DNA of 64,000 nucleotides, taken from contig OZ272519.1 of NCBI GenBank assembly GCA_965603855.1, forward strand, positions 4,379,781-4,443,780. The letters run 5' to 3'. A model generated the notes under the pieces. That model was not told where the DNA came from. It ran no database searches and saw nothing but the letters and a program-made list of their open reading frames with translations. This DNA is from Alphaproteobacteria bacterium (lineage in GTDB: Bacteria; Pseudomonadota; Alphaproteobacteria; UBA8366; G965603855). Made by a program: the position numbers and the translations under genes. Numbering within the stretch: position 1 is the first letter of the stretch; each line of letters begins with the position of its first letter. Shown here piece by piece: positions 10,698 through 19,989 of this stretch.

Positions 10698-13600
10698 ATG
10701 GCAAAAAGGGGTCTGAAGAGCACGGCCGGGCTCGTTCTCGGCGTCGTCGTCGCCGTTCCTGTCGTCGCCGCATTCGCGATCTGGCTGCTGCGCGACGAGG
10801 TCGCGGAATGGCTGGTCGTCAACTACATAATCCCGGAAACCGGCTTCGAAGCCGCGTTCGACGGGCCGTTCGACGTCGACCTTTCCGATACGCTCGGCGT
10901 CACCGCAAACGACGTCCTGTTCACCGCAACGACGCCGGACAGGACCGTGCGGAGCGCGCAGATCGGACGGCTGCATGTCGCGCTGGACATGGCCCGTCTG
11001 TTGCGCGGGGTTCCCCTTCTCAGGCGGCTGGAGGTGAGCGACGCCGAGGTCGTCCTGCAGGCGGAAGCGCAACCGCCGACGCCCGGTTCCAGGGGTTTCC
11101 GCCTTCCCTTCATCGAGGCGGCGGAACTCAGCAACATCCGGGTCGTACAGCGGGGCGCGGACCCGGGCGCACCGCCGCTGCACCAGATCCAGCTCGTCAA
11201 ACTCCTGGAAAAGACCGAGGGCGGCAAGGTGGTGATCGACGGTTCGGTCCTGTGGGACGGTTCCCAGTTGGCGATCGAAGGCGAGCTTGGCGGGCCTGAA
11301 AACGCGCTTGATCGCTCGACTCCGTTTCCCATGGACCTGGTTGTGAGGGCGCCGGAGTTCACCCTCGATCTGGAGGGGACCGTCGCCGACGTGCTTTCAG
11401 GGCGCGGTCTGGACATGCGGGTCGCGCTGGATGCACCCGACGTGCGCGAATTGGGGCACTACGCCAAGCGGAACGTCCCCGACGTCGGCCCGTTCAAGCT
11501 GTCGGGCACGCTTGTCGGCGATCTGGACCGGATCGGCGTCGCCGACCTCAACGCGGTGATCGGCGGTACGGACAGCTTCCTCGCGAAGGCCGAGGGCACG
11601 ATCGAAGACATCGACGACATGGCCGGCGCCGACGTCGCGCTCAGCCTGTGGATCGCGGATCCCGACCTGTTCCGGGCGAGTATGCCGGAGGGTAAACCGC
11701 CACCGGAATCGATCGAAGTCACAGCCCGCCTCGTGACCGACTACAAGCGCGCCACGATCCAAGACATCGTGGCCGAGGTCAGGTTGCCCGAAGGTTTGAC
11801 GCTGGATGCGGCCGGATCGGTCGGCGCCCCGCACATCAGAGATTTTGACGCGCCCGACGAGATCGACGTCGCGGTCGAGTTCCGGTCGCCGACGACCGCT
11901 GCCGCGGAGACATGGATCGCGCTCGGCGTGCCTGAGATGGGCCCCGTATCGGGATCGGGCCTGCTTAAGGGCAGCCTTGCGGACCTGTCGCTGGTCGACC
12001 TGCAGCTGCGCACGGGCTACGATTCAGGGGCACGCCTTCTGGTTACGGGCAATCTGGAGCATATCGATTTCGACGATCCGTTGGGAACCAACCCGTTGAA
12101 CATCGTGATCCAGGCCGACGACACCGCCGAGCTGTCCACTCTGTTCGAAACCGAGATCCCGTCTCTGGGTCCGGCACTGTTCGAATTCGTTGCCACGTCG
12201 ATCCTGGAGGATGGCGAGGTCGTCGCGAGCCGGTGGGAGGATCTGAAGATCCGAATCGGAACCGCGGATACGGTCTTGATCTCTGCCGAAGGGCGCCTCG
12301 ACGAATGGATCGAAACAGAGGTGGCAGGCAACGAATCCGCCATCCGCGGTCTAGATCTCGACGTTCTGGTGACGGCGGCGGATCTCAGATCTCTGGAACC
12401 GATCCTGGAGGTGGAACTGCCGGCCGGCGGAACGGCGGAAGGCAGCCTTTCGTTAAAGGGCGATTCCGATGCGCTTGCCGTGTCGCTGGGCACCTTCACG
12501 CTGCAGTTCCCCGGCGCGCTGGAGATCGACGTGGCCGGCGGTGTCGGCCGTTATGACGGCACCACGGGCACCTATGACGACGTGAACCTCGTCTTCGAGG
12601 CCGTGGCACCGGACACCGCCGCCGCGCTTGCCGGGCTGGGCGTCGACCTGCCGATCAGCGGCCCCTTGGAGGCGACCATTGTGCTGGCAAACGAGGGCGA
12701 GAGGCTGTCCCTGACCAGGACCGGCCTGCAGTTCGGGCCCCGGGCCGAGCCAACGCTTGCTTATGACGGGTCGGTTGCCAATATCGACGACCTCGCCCAG
12801 TTCACGGCGAACGGCGCCTTTCGCGTCAACATGACCAACCTGACACGCGATCTGACCTCGGGCGAAGGCGTCGACCTCGGTCTGGCCAGCGGCGCCTTTG
12901 CGGTATCCGGGCGCGAGAAGGGATTCTCGATCGACCGTGTCAACGTCGCCTTCGACCGCGTCGGTGCGCTGGCGGTCAGCGGCAGCGGCGAGATCGACCT
13001 CGACGACGCGGATCTGCCGCTTGCGCTGGACGTCTCGATCAGCGCCGACAGCGTCGCGCACCTTGCCGCCGACCCGGACAAAACGGCATTGCCGGCATCT
13101 CCGCTTGCCGCCGACGGCAAGCTCTCCGTCGGCCCGTCGCGGCTCGACTACACAGGGTCGGTGACGCTGGGCAGATCCGATTTCACCACCGATCTGCTGG
13201 TCGACCTGTCCGAGCCGACCGAGGTCACCGCGCGGATCCGCGGCAACGAGGTCTTTCTCGAAGACCTGGGGCTCGAGCTCGACCCCTCCCTCGAGGAAGG
13301 CGAGGACGCCGCTCCTGTCGGCGAGCAGGCGGTTGCCAGCCCGCTGTTGTTCGGCGCGGTGCCGATTCCGATCCGGCGTCTCGGTGACATCGATCTCGCG
13401 CTGTCCATCGAGACCGGGCCGATCGAAGGACGCGACTTCGAGTTGACAAGGCTGAGCGGCTCGTACGACCTCCTGGACGGGCGGCTCAGGGCAAGGACAC
13501 TCGCGGAGTACGACCGTGGCCGGGTGCAGGTCGACGCCGACGTGGACGCCAGCCAGGACCCGCCGACCCTTGCGCTGACGGTCATCGGAGACGATCTGCG

Positions 13601-14270
13601 GGTCGACCATGTCCTCGCCCAGTTCGGCTGGAAACCGGTGCTGGAAGGCGACCTCCACATGAACGTGGACGTGGCCAGCCGCGGCGAGACGCCGCGCGAG
13701 ATCGCCGAAGGCCTCAACGGCACGGCAACCTTGGCGGTAGACAAGGGCCGTATCCAGATCGGCGATTTGGAACGGATCTCGTCCAACCGCTTCCAGGCCA
13801 AACGCGCCCACGCCCGGCGCAGCGAGTGGACCGACCTGAACTGCGGCGTGATCCGGCTCAACATCGAGGACGGCGTTGCCACGACCGACGGCTTGGTGCT
13901 TGCGACGCCCAGCGTGGTGATCGGCGGATCAGGGCAGATCGACCTGCGCGACGAGACCATGGACCTGGTGCTTGCCGCCGACCGCGAGTTCTCAACCGCC
14001 GCCGGTTTCGACAAGCCCGTACGGGTGCACGGACCGATCACCGATCCGGAAGTGACGGCCAATATCTCCGGCCATGTTGGCGATGCCGCGCTGACCGGGG
14101 GTGAGGTCGCCGGAATGGTCGCCCTGCCGTTCATCTTCGTTCCGGTCCGTGTCGCAAGCTTCCTGAGGCCGCAGCTTCGGGAGAACGACACCTCCAGCGC
14201 CTGCCTGTTGAACGGCGAGGTCAACGGCGACACATTCAAAAACGACGATACGCAAGATCCCATCAATTGA
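10698..14270 (+). CDS. AsmA family lipid-transfer-like protein (about 1190 aa)
   Basis: N-terminal TM anchor, repeated beta-groove segments, C-terminal AsmA_2-like region (LNCGVIRLNIEDGVAT...GGSGQIDLRDETMDL). Confidence 0.85.
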   Translation: MAKRGLKSTAGLVLGVVVAVPVVAAFAIWLLRDEVAEWLVVNYIIPETGFEAAFDGPFDVDLSDTLGVTANDVLFTATTPDRTVRSAQIGRLHVALDMARLLRGVPLLRRLEVSDAEVVLQAEAQPPTPGSRGFRLPFIEAAELSNIRVVQRGADPGAPPLHQIQLVKLLEKTEGGKVVIDGSVLWDGSQLAIEGELGGPENALDRSTPFPMDLVVRAPEFTLDLEGTVADVLSGRGLDMRVALDAPDVRELGHYAKRNVPDVGPFKLSGTLVGDLDRIGVADLNAVIGGTDSFLAKAEGTIEDIDDMAGADVALSLWIADPDLFRASMPEGKPPPESIEVTARLVTDYKRATIQDIVAEVRLPEGLTLDAAGSVGAPHIRDFDAPDEIDVAVEFRSPTTAAAETWIALGVPEMGPVSGSGLLKGSLADLSLVDLQLRTGYDSGARLLVTGNLEHIDFDDPLGTNPLNIVIQADDTAELSTLFETEIPSLGPALFEFVATSILEDGEVVASRWEDLKIRIGTADTVLISAEGRLDEWIETEVAGNESAIRGLDLDVLVTAADLRSLEPILEVELPAGGTAEGSLSLKGDSDALAVSLGTFTLQFPGALEIDVAGGVGRYDGTTGTYDDVNLVFEAVAPDTAAALAGLGVDLPISGPLEATIVLANEGERLSLTRTGLQFGPRAEPTLAYDGSVANIDDLAQFTANGAFRVNMTNLTRDLTSGEGVDLGLASGAFAVSGREKGFSIDRVNVAFDRVGALAVSGSGEIDLDDADLPLALDVSISADSVAHLAADPDKTALPASPLAADGKLSVGPSRLDYTGSVTLGRSDFTTDLLVDLSEPTEVTARIRGNEVFLEDLGLELDPSLEEGEDAAPVGEQAVASPLLFGAVPIPIRRLGDIDLALSIETGPIEGRDFELTRLSGSYDLLDGRLRARTLAEYDRGRVQVDADVDASQDPPTLALTVIGDDLRVDHVLAQFGWKPVLEGDLHMNVDVASRGETPREIAEGLNGTATLAVDKGRIQIGDLERISSNRFQAKRAHARRSEWTDLNCGVIRLNIEDGVATTDGLVLATPSVVIGGSGQIDLRDETMDLVLAADREFSTAAGFDKPVRVHGPITDPEVTANISGHVGDAALTGGEVAGMVALPFIFVPVRVASFLRPQLRENDTSSACLLNGEVNGDTFKNDDTQDPIN

Positions 14271-14593
14271 TGGGGTTTAGGGGTTCCAAGGTATCCGGGT
14301 GCCGCCTACCCGGACATGCATTTTCACCGCCCGTCGAAACCGAAATTTAAGACCGGACCGCGATACTCCCCGAATACGTGGGGATGTTAATCACTAATGC
14401 AGGAGCGGAGATCGTGCCGGGCCGCCAGAAGTGCAAGGCCCCCTAGCCACCAAGAGCTGCCGATCCACCGCCTTTACGATCCAACGCGCCGCGGAGCAAA
14501 CCGTGGCCGCGCACACTGCCCCCGTGCCCTCGGCTCGGGGTGCTTCACGGCGCGGCGGATCTGCATCGGCTAGGGAGTGGGCGAGTAGGGCTG

Positions 14594-14632
14594 GCACCCG
14601 GCACGACGTGCGTGCCGGGTGCTTTTTTCTTT
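14594..14632 (+). terminator. Rho-independent terminator
   Basis: 12-bp stem GCACCCGGCACG/CGTGCCGGGTGC followed by TTTTTTCTTT. Confidence 0.85.
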
Positions 14633-14690
14633 CTGCCGCAACGCGACGCGGGCGCAAAGGCGCGCGACCGACGTCTCGGACGGTCGGGTG

Positions 14691-15428
14691 TCAGGCGACC
14701 GCGCCCTCGTTCGCCAGCGACGCCGCCTCTGCCTCGAGCTGGCTGACAAGGTCTTCCGGCAGCGCGAGACGGCCGGCCAGCGCCTCCAGGTAGGCCCGTT
14801 CCATCGGATGGTCGGGATCGATCGCAAGGCGCGAGGCGAGGTAAAGCTCTACCGCCTGTTCCGGTCCATGTGCCAACTCGGCGATGTCCTGCAGGCTTGG
14901 GGGATTGGCGAGGGCGTCAAAGACGAACCCCTTGTCCTCCGCATCCAGCGGCAGGGCTTCCACGCGTTCGAAGATCAGCTTCTGTTCGTCGGCGTCGATG
15001 TGGCGGTCGGCATTGGCTGCCGCGATCATCGCCATCACCAAGGCCAGCTCGAACGGTCGGCCGTTGCGGGCGGGCGCGGCTTCGGGCCGGAACTTCGACT
15101 CTTGCGGCAGCGCCTCTGGCGCCGCGCCGGCCGGCGCGGGTTGCGGTGCCTGTTTCCCCGTTTCCCAGTTCCGGTAGGCCCGGTAGGCCAGTGCGCCCAG
15201 CGCCGCCGCGCCGCCATAGCCGACCACGCCGCCGGCCACTTTTCCGACCGACTTGCGCGCCTTCTTGTTGCCCAGCAGAACGCCCAACAGTCCGCCGGCC
15301 GCAACGCCGCCGGCGACGCCGGTCAGCCCGCTGTTGGCCAAACCGCTCTTGGCGTTCTGAAGGGCGCCGCCGGCCCGGTTGGCCGCGTCAGGGCCGAGAA
15401 ATTGCTCAAGAAGGTTCTGTGGGTTCAT
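14691..15428 (-). CDS. DUF533 / TerB-family (YebE-like) protein
   Basis: Gly-rich amphipathic N-terminus, AMIAAANADRHIDADEQ, ELYLASRLAIDPD. Confidence 0.88.
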   Translation of the reverse strand: MNPQNLLEQFLGPDAANRAGGALQNAKSGLANSGLTGVAGGVAAGGLLGVLLGNKKARKSVGKVAGGVVGYGGAAALGALAYRAYRNWETGKQAPQPAPAGAAPEALPQESKFRPEAAPARNGRPFELALVMAMIAAANADRHIDADEQKLIFERVEALPLDAEDKGFVFDALANPPSLQDIAELAHGPEQAVELYLASRLAIDPDHPMERAYLEALAGRLALPEDLVSQLEAEAASLANEGAVA

Positions 15429-15514
15429 GGTCGTCCTCTCACTTGGTCCGACCAGTCAGATAGGTAGCGAACGCCCGTTTGGCAATCAGCGGAACGCGGC
15501 TGACCGCCTGGGCC

Positions 15515-16516
15515 TCAGGTCCTGCCGAAGGGCGCGATCTGCAGGGCCAGATGCAGGACGGCCATGCCGGGGCATCGGGCAATGCTTGCCGCGACGCGCG
15601 CAACGTCCGGATAGAGGGATTGGGCTTCCCGAAGCAGCGGTTCCGCGTCCCGCGGCCGCTTGTCGTAGACCACACGCTGCGCCCACTTCCGGTAGAGCGC
15701 GGACGCCAGGATAAACTTGCCGCCGCCGTAATCCATGCGCGCAAGCGCTTCGCGCGCCCGCACGATCGCGGCCTCGTAGTCGTCTCTGGTGCAAAGCAGG
15801 AACCTGGCATAATTGCCGTAGCTCCAGGCGCTGTCGGGTTCCATTGCGATCTGCGCGCGGAACATCTGTTCGGCTTTCTCGTATTGCCTGGTGACCATGT
15901 AGTAGTTGATCAGCCCGTCCTGCGCCGTGGAGATCGCCCGTTTGTTCCGGGTGCCGCTCTCGAGCACCATCCTGTAGTGCATTGCAGCGATTTCGACCCG
16001 GCCCAGATCCAGATGGATGTCCGCCCAATTGACGTTCAGCCAGGGGGATTTGGAGCCAAGCCGCTCGGCCTTGGCCAAGGCTTCCTCCGCCTTGCGATGG
16101 CGCTTCATCAATCGATAGAGATGGCCGTAGAGGACGTAGGCATCGGCGTAACTGGGGTCGATTTCGACCGCCTTGTCCAGCGCGGCTTCCGCGGCTTCCA
16201 GCGTCCCGGATCGGAACCTGTGGCTGCCCAGATGTCCGCGCATGATGATATAGCGCGCGATCTCCTTGTAGGCGGGCGCATAGGAGGGGTTTTCCTCAAG
16301 CACTTCCGTGAGCGCGACCCGTGCCGCCTCGAGCTCCCAGGTCATGCCGCGATTGTCGTCCAGAAGGCGTCGGGCACGTTCGAATGTCTCCACGCCGCCT
16401 GCGGACAACGAGGCATCGTTTTCCGTCAGCCGTCCGTTCGCGGCGGAAACCGATCCGACCAACAGGCAAGAGACGGCCAGAACCGCCGCCATCGCAATGC
16501 GTTTCGCGTGAACCAT
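15515..16516 (-). CDS. Secreted tetratricopeptide repeat protein
   Basis: Signal peptide followed by several TPR-like helical repeats. Confidence 0.75.
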   Translation of the reverse strand: MVHAKRIAMAAVLAVSCLLVGSVSAANGRLTENDASLSAGGVETFERARRLLDDNRGMTWELEAARVALTEVLEENPSYAPAYKEIARYIIMRGHLGSHRFRSGTLEAAEAALDKAVEIDPSYADAYVLYGHLYRLMKRHRKAEEALAKAERLGSKSPWLNVNWADIHLDLGRVEIAAMHYRMVLESGTRNKRAISTAQDGLINYYMVTRQYEKAEQMFRAQIAMEPDSAWSYGNYARFLLCTRDDYEAAIVRAREALARMDYGGGKFILASALYRKWAQRVVYDKRPRDAEPLLREAQSLYPDVARVAASIARCPGMAVLHLALQIAPFGRT

Positions 16517-16687
16517 CGCCGAACGGTCGCTCCAGGTCGGGCACTGCATCGGGCGAGGCTAGGCGCGCGCGGCTAACGCCCTGTTAAGCGGCGCAATTGT
16601 CACAAAAGCCACCGATTCCCGCTCCTTTGCCGGCCCGCGCAGGGTCCGCTAACATTACCGGACCATGAAACACACGGGGGAACGTCC

Positions 16688-17116
16688 ATGAACAACGCCG
16701 AGCGTGTCAAACACTGGTTCCGGAACGTGTGGTGCGAGCCGCGCGATGCGTCGCTGATCGACGCACTGCTGGACGACGACCTGCGCCACTATGGCGTGAA
16801 GGCCGACGGACCGGGCGACAAGGCAGACTTCAAGGCGCTGTACGAAGGGGTGCTTGCAACCTTCCGCAACTTCCGCATCGACGTCACCCACACCATCGAA
16901 AGCGGCGACAGCGCCGCCTACTTCGCCGTGGCCAGCGGCATCCACATTCCAACCGGCACGCCGGTCAAGTTCACCGGCACCGGTATCGTGACCTACCGCG
17001 ACGGCAAGACCTACGAGGTCCACGAATCCTGGGATTTCTCGACGCTGCTCAGACAGATCGGCGCGGTGCCGGATGACGCGGTGGCGCAGGCGCTGATCGG
17101 CGGTGCGGGCGGCTAG
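16688..17116 (+). CDS. SnoaL-like ester cyclase (NTF2 fold)
   Basis: FRNFRIDVTHTIESGD, GIHIPTGTPVKFTG, YRDGK motifs. Confidence 0.85.
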   Translation: MNNAERVKHWFRNVWCEPRDASLIDALLDDDLRHYGVKADGPGDKADFKALYEGVLATFRNFRIDVTHTIESGDSAAYFAVASGIHIPTGTPVKFTGTGIVTYRDGKTYEVHESWDFSTLLRQIGAVPDDAVAQALIGGAGG

Positions 17117-17134
17117 GCCGAACGCGGGCGGCGG

Positions 17135-17665
17135 CTAACCTCCGAAGAACCGAAGGGCGTCGCGCTCGATCCGGCTGATCCAGGCCTCCTTGCAGTCCGC
17201 GTAGGCATGGCTGTCATGCGGATGGCTGGCCGCGCATCTGCGCTTCTCGGCCTCGTACTGACGCGCCAGGTCGGGACGCTCCACCAGATAGTCCCGGAAG
17301 GCCAGATGCCGCGCGATTTCGGGATTGCCGTCGTCGTAGCAGTGCAGCTGGCAGAGGCGGCGTCCCGTCGCGGGATCGTCCTTGAAGCAATAGCGCCGGC
17401 CCGGCAGCCCGTATTCGCCGCGCCAGCCGTAACCCAGGGCCTCAATCTGTGGCCGTTTCTCGTCGAGCAAATCCAGGCCGCGCACGACCGGAATCAGGTC
17501 GATGATCGGCTTTGCCCTGATACCGGGGACCGCCGTCGATCCGATGTGGTGGACAACAACCAGGATGTCTTGGAGCGCGGCCGCCAGGGCCCGGCTTTCT
17601 GCCGCGGCAAGCGCGGCCCAGCGCGGATCGTGGGGCACGAGTTCAACCGTGATCGGCGGCGGCAC
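17135..17665 (-). CDS. GrpB family protein (nucleotidyltransferase-like fold)
   Basis: HHIGSTAVPGIRAKPIIDL, HLAFRDYL motifs. Confidence 0.92.
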   Translation of the reverse strand: MPPPITVELVPHDPRWAALAAAESRALAAALQDILVVVHHIGSTAVPGIRAKPIIDLIPVVRGLDLLDEKRPQIEALGYGWRGEYGLPGRRYCFKDDPATGRRLCQLHCYDDGNPEIARHLAFRDYLVERPDLARQYEAEKRRCAASHPHDSHAYADCKEAWISRIERDALRFFGG

Positions 17666-17734
17666 GGGACCTCCTGAACGTCAGTTACCGGCGCAGGTTC
17701 GCCAATTTGAGGCTTCGCGGGCGTTTCGTACAGC

Positions 17735-17926
17735 CTACACCGCCGGCATCGGAACAGGTTCTTGGCATCCGACGAAAAAGGCCGGGAAGGCGAACAGCTC
17801 GTCCTCCATCCGGCCCGCGTTGATCCCTTGGCGCATCGCCATTGCAAACAGGTGGGCCACTTCCTCGCCCTGGTGGCCAACCATGTGAGCGCCCACGAAC
17901 CGGCCCGTCAGCAGATACACGTGCAA
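17735..17926 (-). pseudogene. C-terminal remnant of a pyridine nucleotide-disulfide oxidoreductase (glutathione-reductase-like dimerisation domain)
   Basis: FVGAHMVGHQGEEVAHLFAMAMRQG...LFAFP resembles the 'LGAHllG..aeEvi.lfa.Am..g' signature; no FAD/NAD domains upstream. Confidence 0.6.
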
Positions 17927-17993
17927 CGGGCGGACGGGGAATCAAGTCCACCCGTCGGTCGGACCTGCGCGGTGGAGGCGGCGCGGCGACGTC

Positions 17994-19763
17994 CTATTCG
18001 GGTGCTTTGGTGTCGCTGCGCCACAGCCCGCGAACGGCGACGACGGTGACGGCGACGTCCGGATCGTCCATCTGGTCGCGCACGATCTTCGTCAGATCGT
18101 CCGCGTAAGACCTGGGGAGCGCGTCGTGCGATGCGATGTGGATCATCACCCGATGCTGGCCGCGCGGGCGTGCCATGAACATGATCTCGACGCCTTCGTC
18201 CTGGCCCACCCGATCGTAAAGGGCGCGCGCCACCGCCCGCGTCACCGGGTGGGCTGCCGCCACGTTTTTTCCTTCCTCGATCCCTGCGATCAAGGCGGTG
18301 CTCAGCGGGCCGGCCACCGCAAGCAACAGCGCGACCAGCGCCACACGGGTCACCAGCGCACGCCGGCGAATCCGCGGCAGCGCCCGCTCGGCCGTGACGC
18401 CCAACAACCAGAAAACGAAGTTCGACATCACGATGATGGCGATCAGGTTGGTCACGAACAACAGCGCCGCCCCGTAGGCGTTCACCCACTCGCCCGCGGC
18501 CAGCGAGATGCCGATGGAACAGATCGGCGGGACCAGCGCGGTGGCGATGGCCACGCCGGCGATGGCACCGACGATGTTGGGGCGCGACATGGCGAAGGTT
18601 GCCGCGGCCGCCGCGAACACGGCGATCAAAAGGTCAAGGACATTCGGCCCGCCGCGGGCCAGCACCTCTTCCGACAGGGTTTCGCCTGCCGGGGTGACGG
18701 CGCCAATCGTCATGCTGACCGCCAGTGTCAGCAAGACGCCCAGCCCGATGGATTTGCCGCACATACGCCCCAGCGGCAGGTTAGCCTGGCACAGCGCGAG
18801 GCCGAGCCCGATCATCGGCGTCATCAAGGGGGCGAGCAGCATCGAGCCGATGACCACCGCCGGCGAGTTCTGCATCAGCCCCAGCGATGCAATGGCCGAG
18901 GCAAGCGCCAGCATGCAGACGAAGTCGGGGGCCCATTGCGATCCCATGCGCAGCGAGTAGCGCAGATCGGCGAGGTCGGCGGGATTGATGCGCGGCAGCC
19001 ATTCGGCCAGCGCGGTCAGGCGCAGCGGCGGGGTGCGTTTGACCAGCGCCACGGTCGCCGCGCCGAGGGATTGCCGCAAGGGGCGCAGGTGGCCTGCCGC
19101 ATTGGCGCCTGCCACGATCAAATCGTGATCGTCGAAGAGTTCGATGACACCCCGGTGTTTCAGCCGGTCGACCACGACCTTGATCTCGAAGTCCTGCTGA
19201 TCGAGCCTTTCGTCATGCACCAGAGACTGGATCCAATTGGCGCCCGCGCGCCCGGCCTGCGCACCGCTTTCGTCCTCGACCGCCCCGATGGTGACGCGGG
19301 CGCGCAGGCGCTTGCGCAATGTCTCCACAAGGCGCAGAGCCGGCCGGTCGTGAGCCTCCCCGGTCACCACCATCAAGACGCGCTTCAGGTCGCTTGGCTG
19401 CTTGGCGCCGAACAGCAGGGACAGGGTCTGGCAGGGCGAGGCACGCACCAGTTCGAGTGCGGTCTGCGGCCTGTCGCCCACCGCGGGCAACTCGAAGGCG
19501 CCGGTGACGAGGAGGCGGGCGTCCCGCCTGCGGACCTCGGCCGCGACCGCCTGGACCGGCGCAGGATCTTCGATCGAAATCAAGGTCGCGGAACCGGCAA
19601 GTTTTTCGTCCAGTGCCGCGCGCGCCGCCGCCTCGGCGCGCCCGTCGGACCCCAAGCCCAGACACAGGAAAACGATCTCTTCTCTTTCGCCCGCCAGTGC
19701 CCTGGTCCAGGCGACGACCGTCGCCGCGGTCTCCGGGCTCGGAACAAATCCAATGATGCTCAT
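17994..19763 (-). CDS. DUF389 membrane protein fused to N-terminal universal-stress-like domains
   Basis: NSPAVVIGSMLLAPLMTP and GVAIATALVPP DUF389 motifs; N-terminal alpha/beta USP-like region. Confidence 0.85.
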   Translation of the reverse strand: MSIIGFVPSPETAATVVAWTRALAGEREEIVFLCLGLGSDGRAEAAARAALDEKLAGSATLISIEDPAPVQAVAAEVRRRDARLLVTGAFELPAVGDRPQTALELVRASPCQTLSLLFGAKQPSDLKRVLMVVTGEAHDRPALRLVETLRKRLRARVTIGAVEDESGAQAGRAGANWIQSLVHDERLDQQDFEIKVVVDRLKHRGVIELFDDHDLIVAGANAAGHLRPLRQSLGAATVALVKRTPPLRLTALAEWLPRINPADLADLRYSLRMGSQWAPDFVCMLALASAIASLGLMQNSPAVVIGSMLLAPLMTPMIGLGLALCQANLPLGRMCGKSIGLGVLLTLAVSMTIGAVTPAGETLSEEVLARGGPNVLDLLIAVFAAAAATFAMSRPNIVGAIAGVAIATALVPPICSIGISLAAGEWVNAYGAALLFVTNLIAIIVMSNFVFWLLGVTAERALPRIRRRALVTRVALVALLLAVAGPLSTALIAGIEEGKNVAAAHPVTRAVARALYDRVGQDEGVEIMFMARPRGQHRVMIHIASHDALPRSYADDLTKIVRDQMDDPDVAVTVVAVRGLWRSDTKAPE

Positions 19764-19849
19764 GTCATCCTGCAGGCCGCCGGCTCAAACCGATCAGCCC
19801 CCTCCTCCCTTGTTGTCCGAAGATCCTAGCCGGGACCGGCCCTTGCGCG

Positions 19850-19863
19850 TTGATGGGAATCAA
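19850..19863. promoter_or_regulatory. FNR/FixK box
   Basis: Exact TTGAT-GGGA-ATCAA in a divergent intergenic region. Confidence 0.8.
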
Positions 19864-19899
19864 CGCCCCCGCAGGCTGAAAAACCTGCGGCTGCTTGAT

Positions 19900-19916
19900 A
19901 TGCCGCAGTGCAGCAT
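19900..19916. promoter_or_regulatory. Possible PhaR (AniA) operator
   Basis: Imperfect palindrome ATGCCGCAGTGCAGCAT, TGC/GCA-rich, upstream of a PHA-related gene. Confidence 0.55.
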
Positions 19917-19989
19917 TTTTCGGAATGTGTCATAAGGCAGGCATCCACCGACATTTCGCCGGCGAAGACCGAACGAGGGAGTGCGAGCC

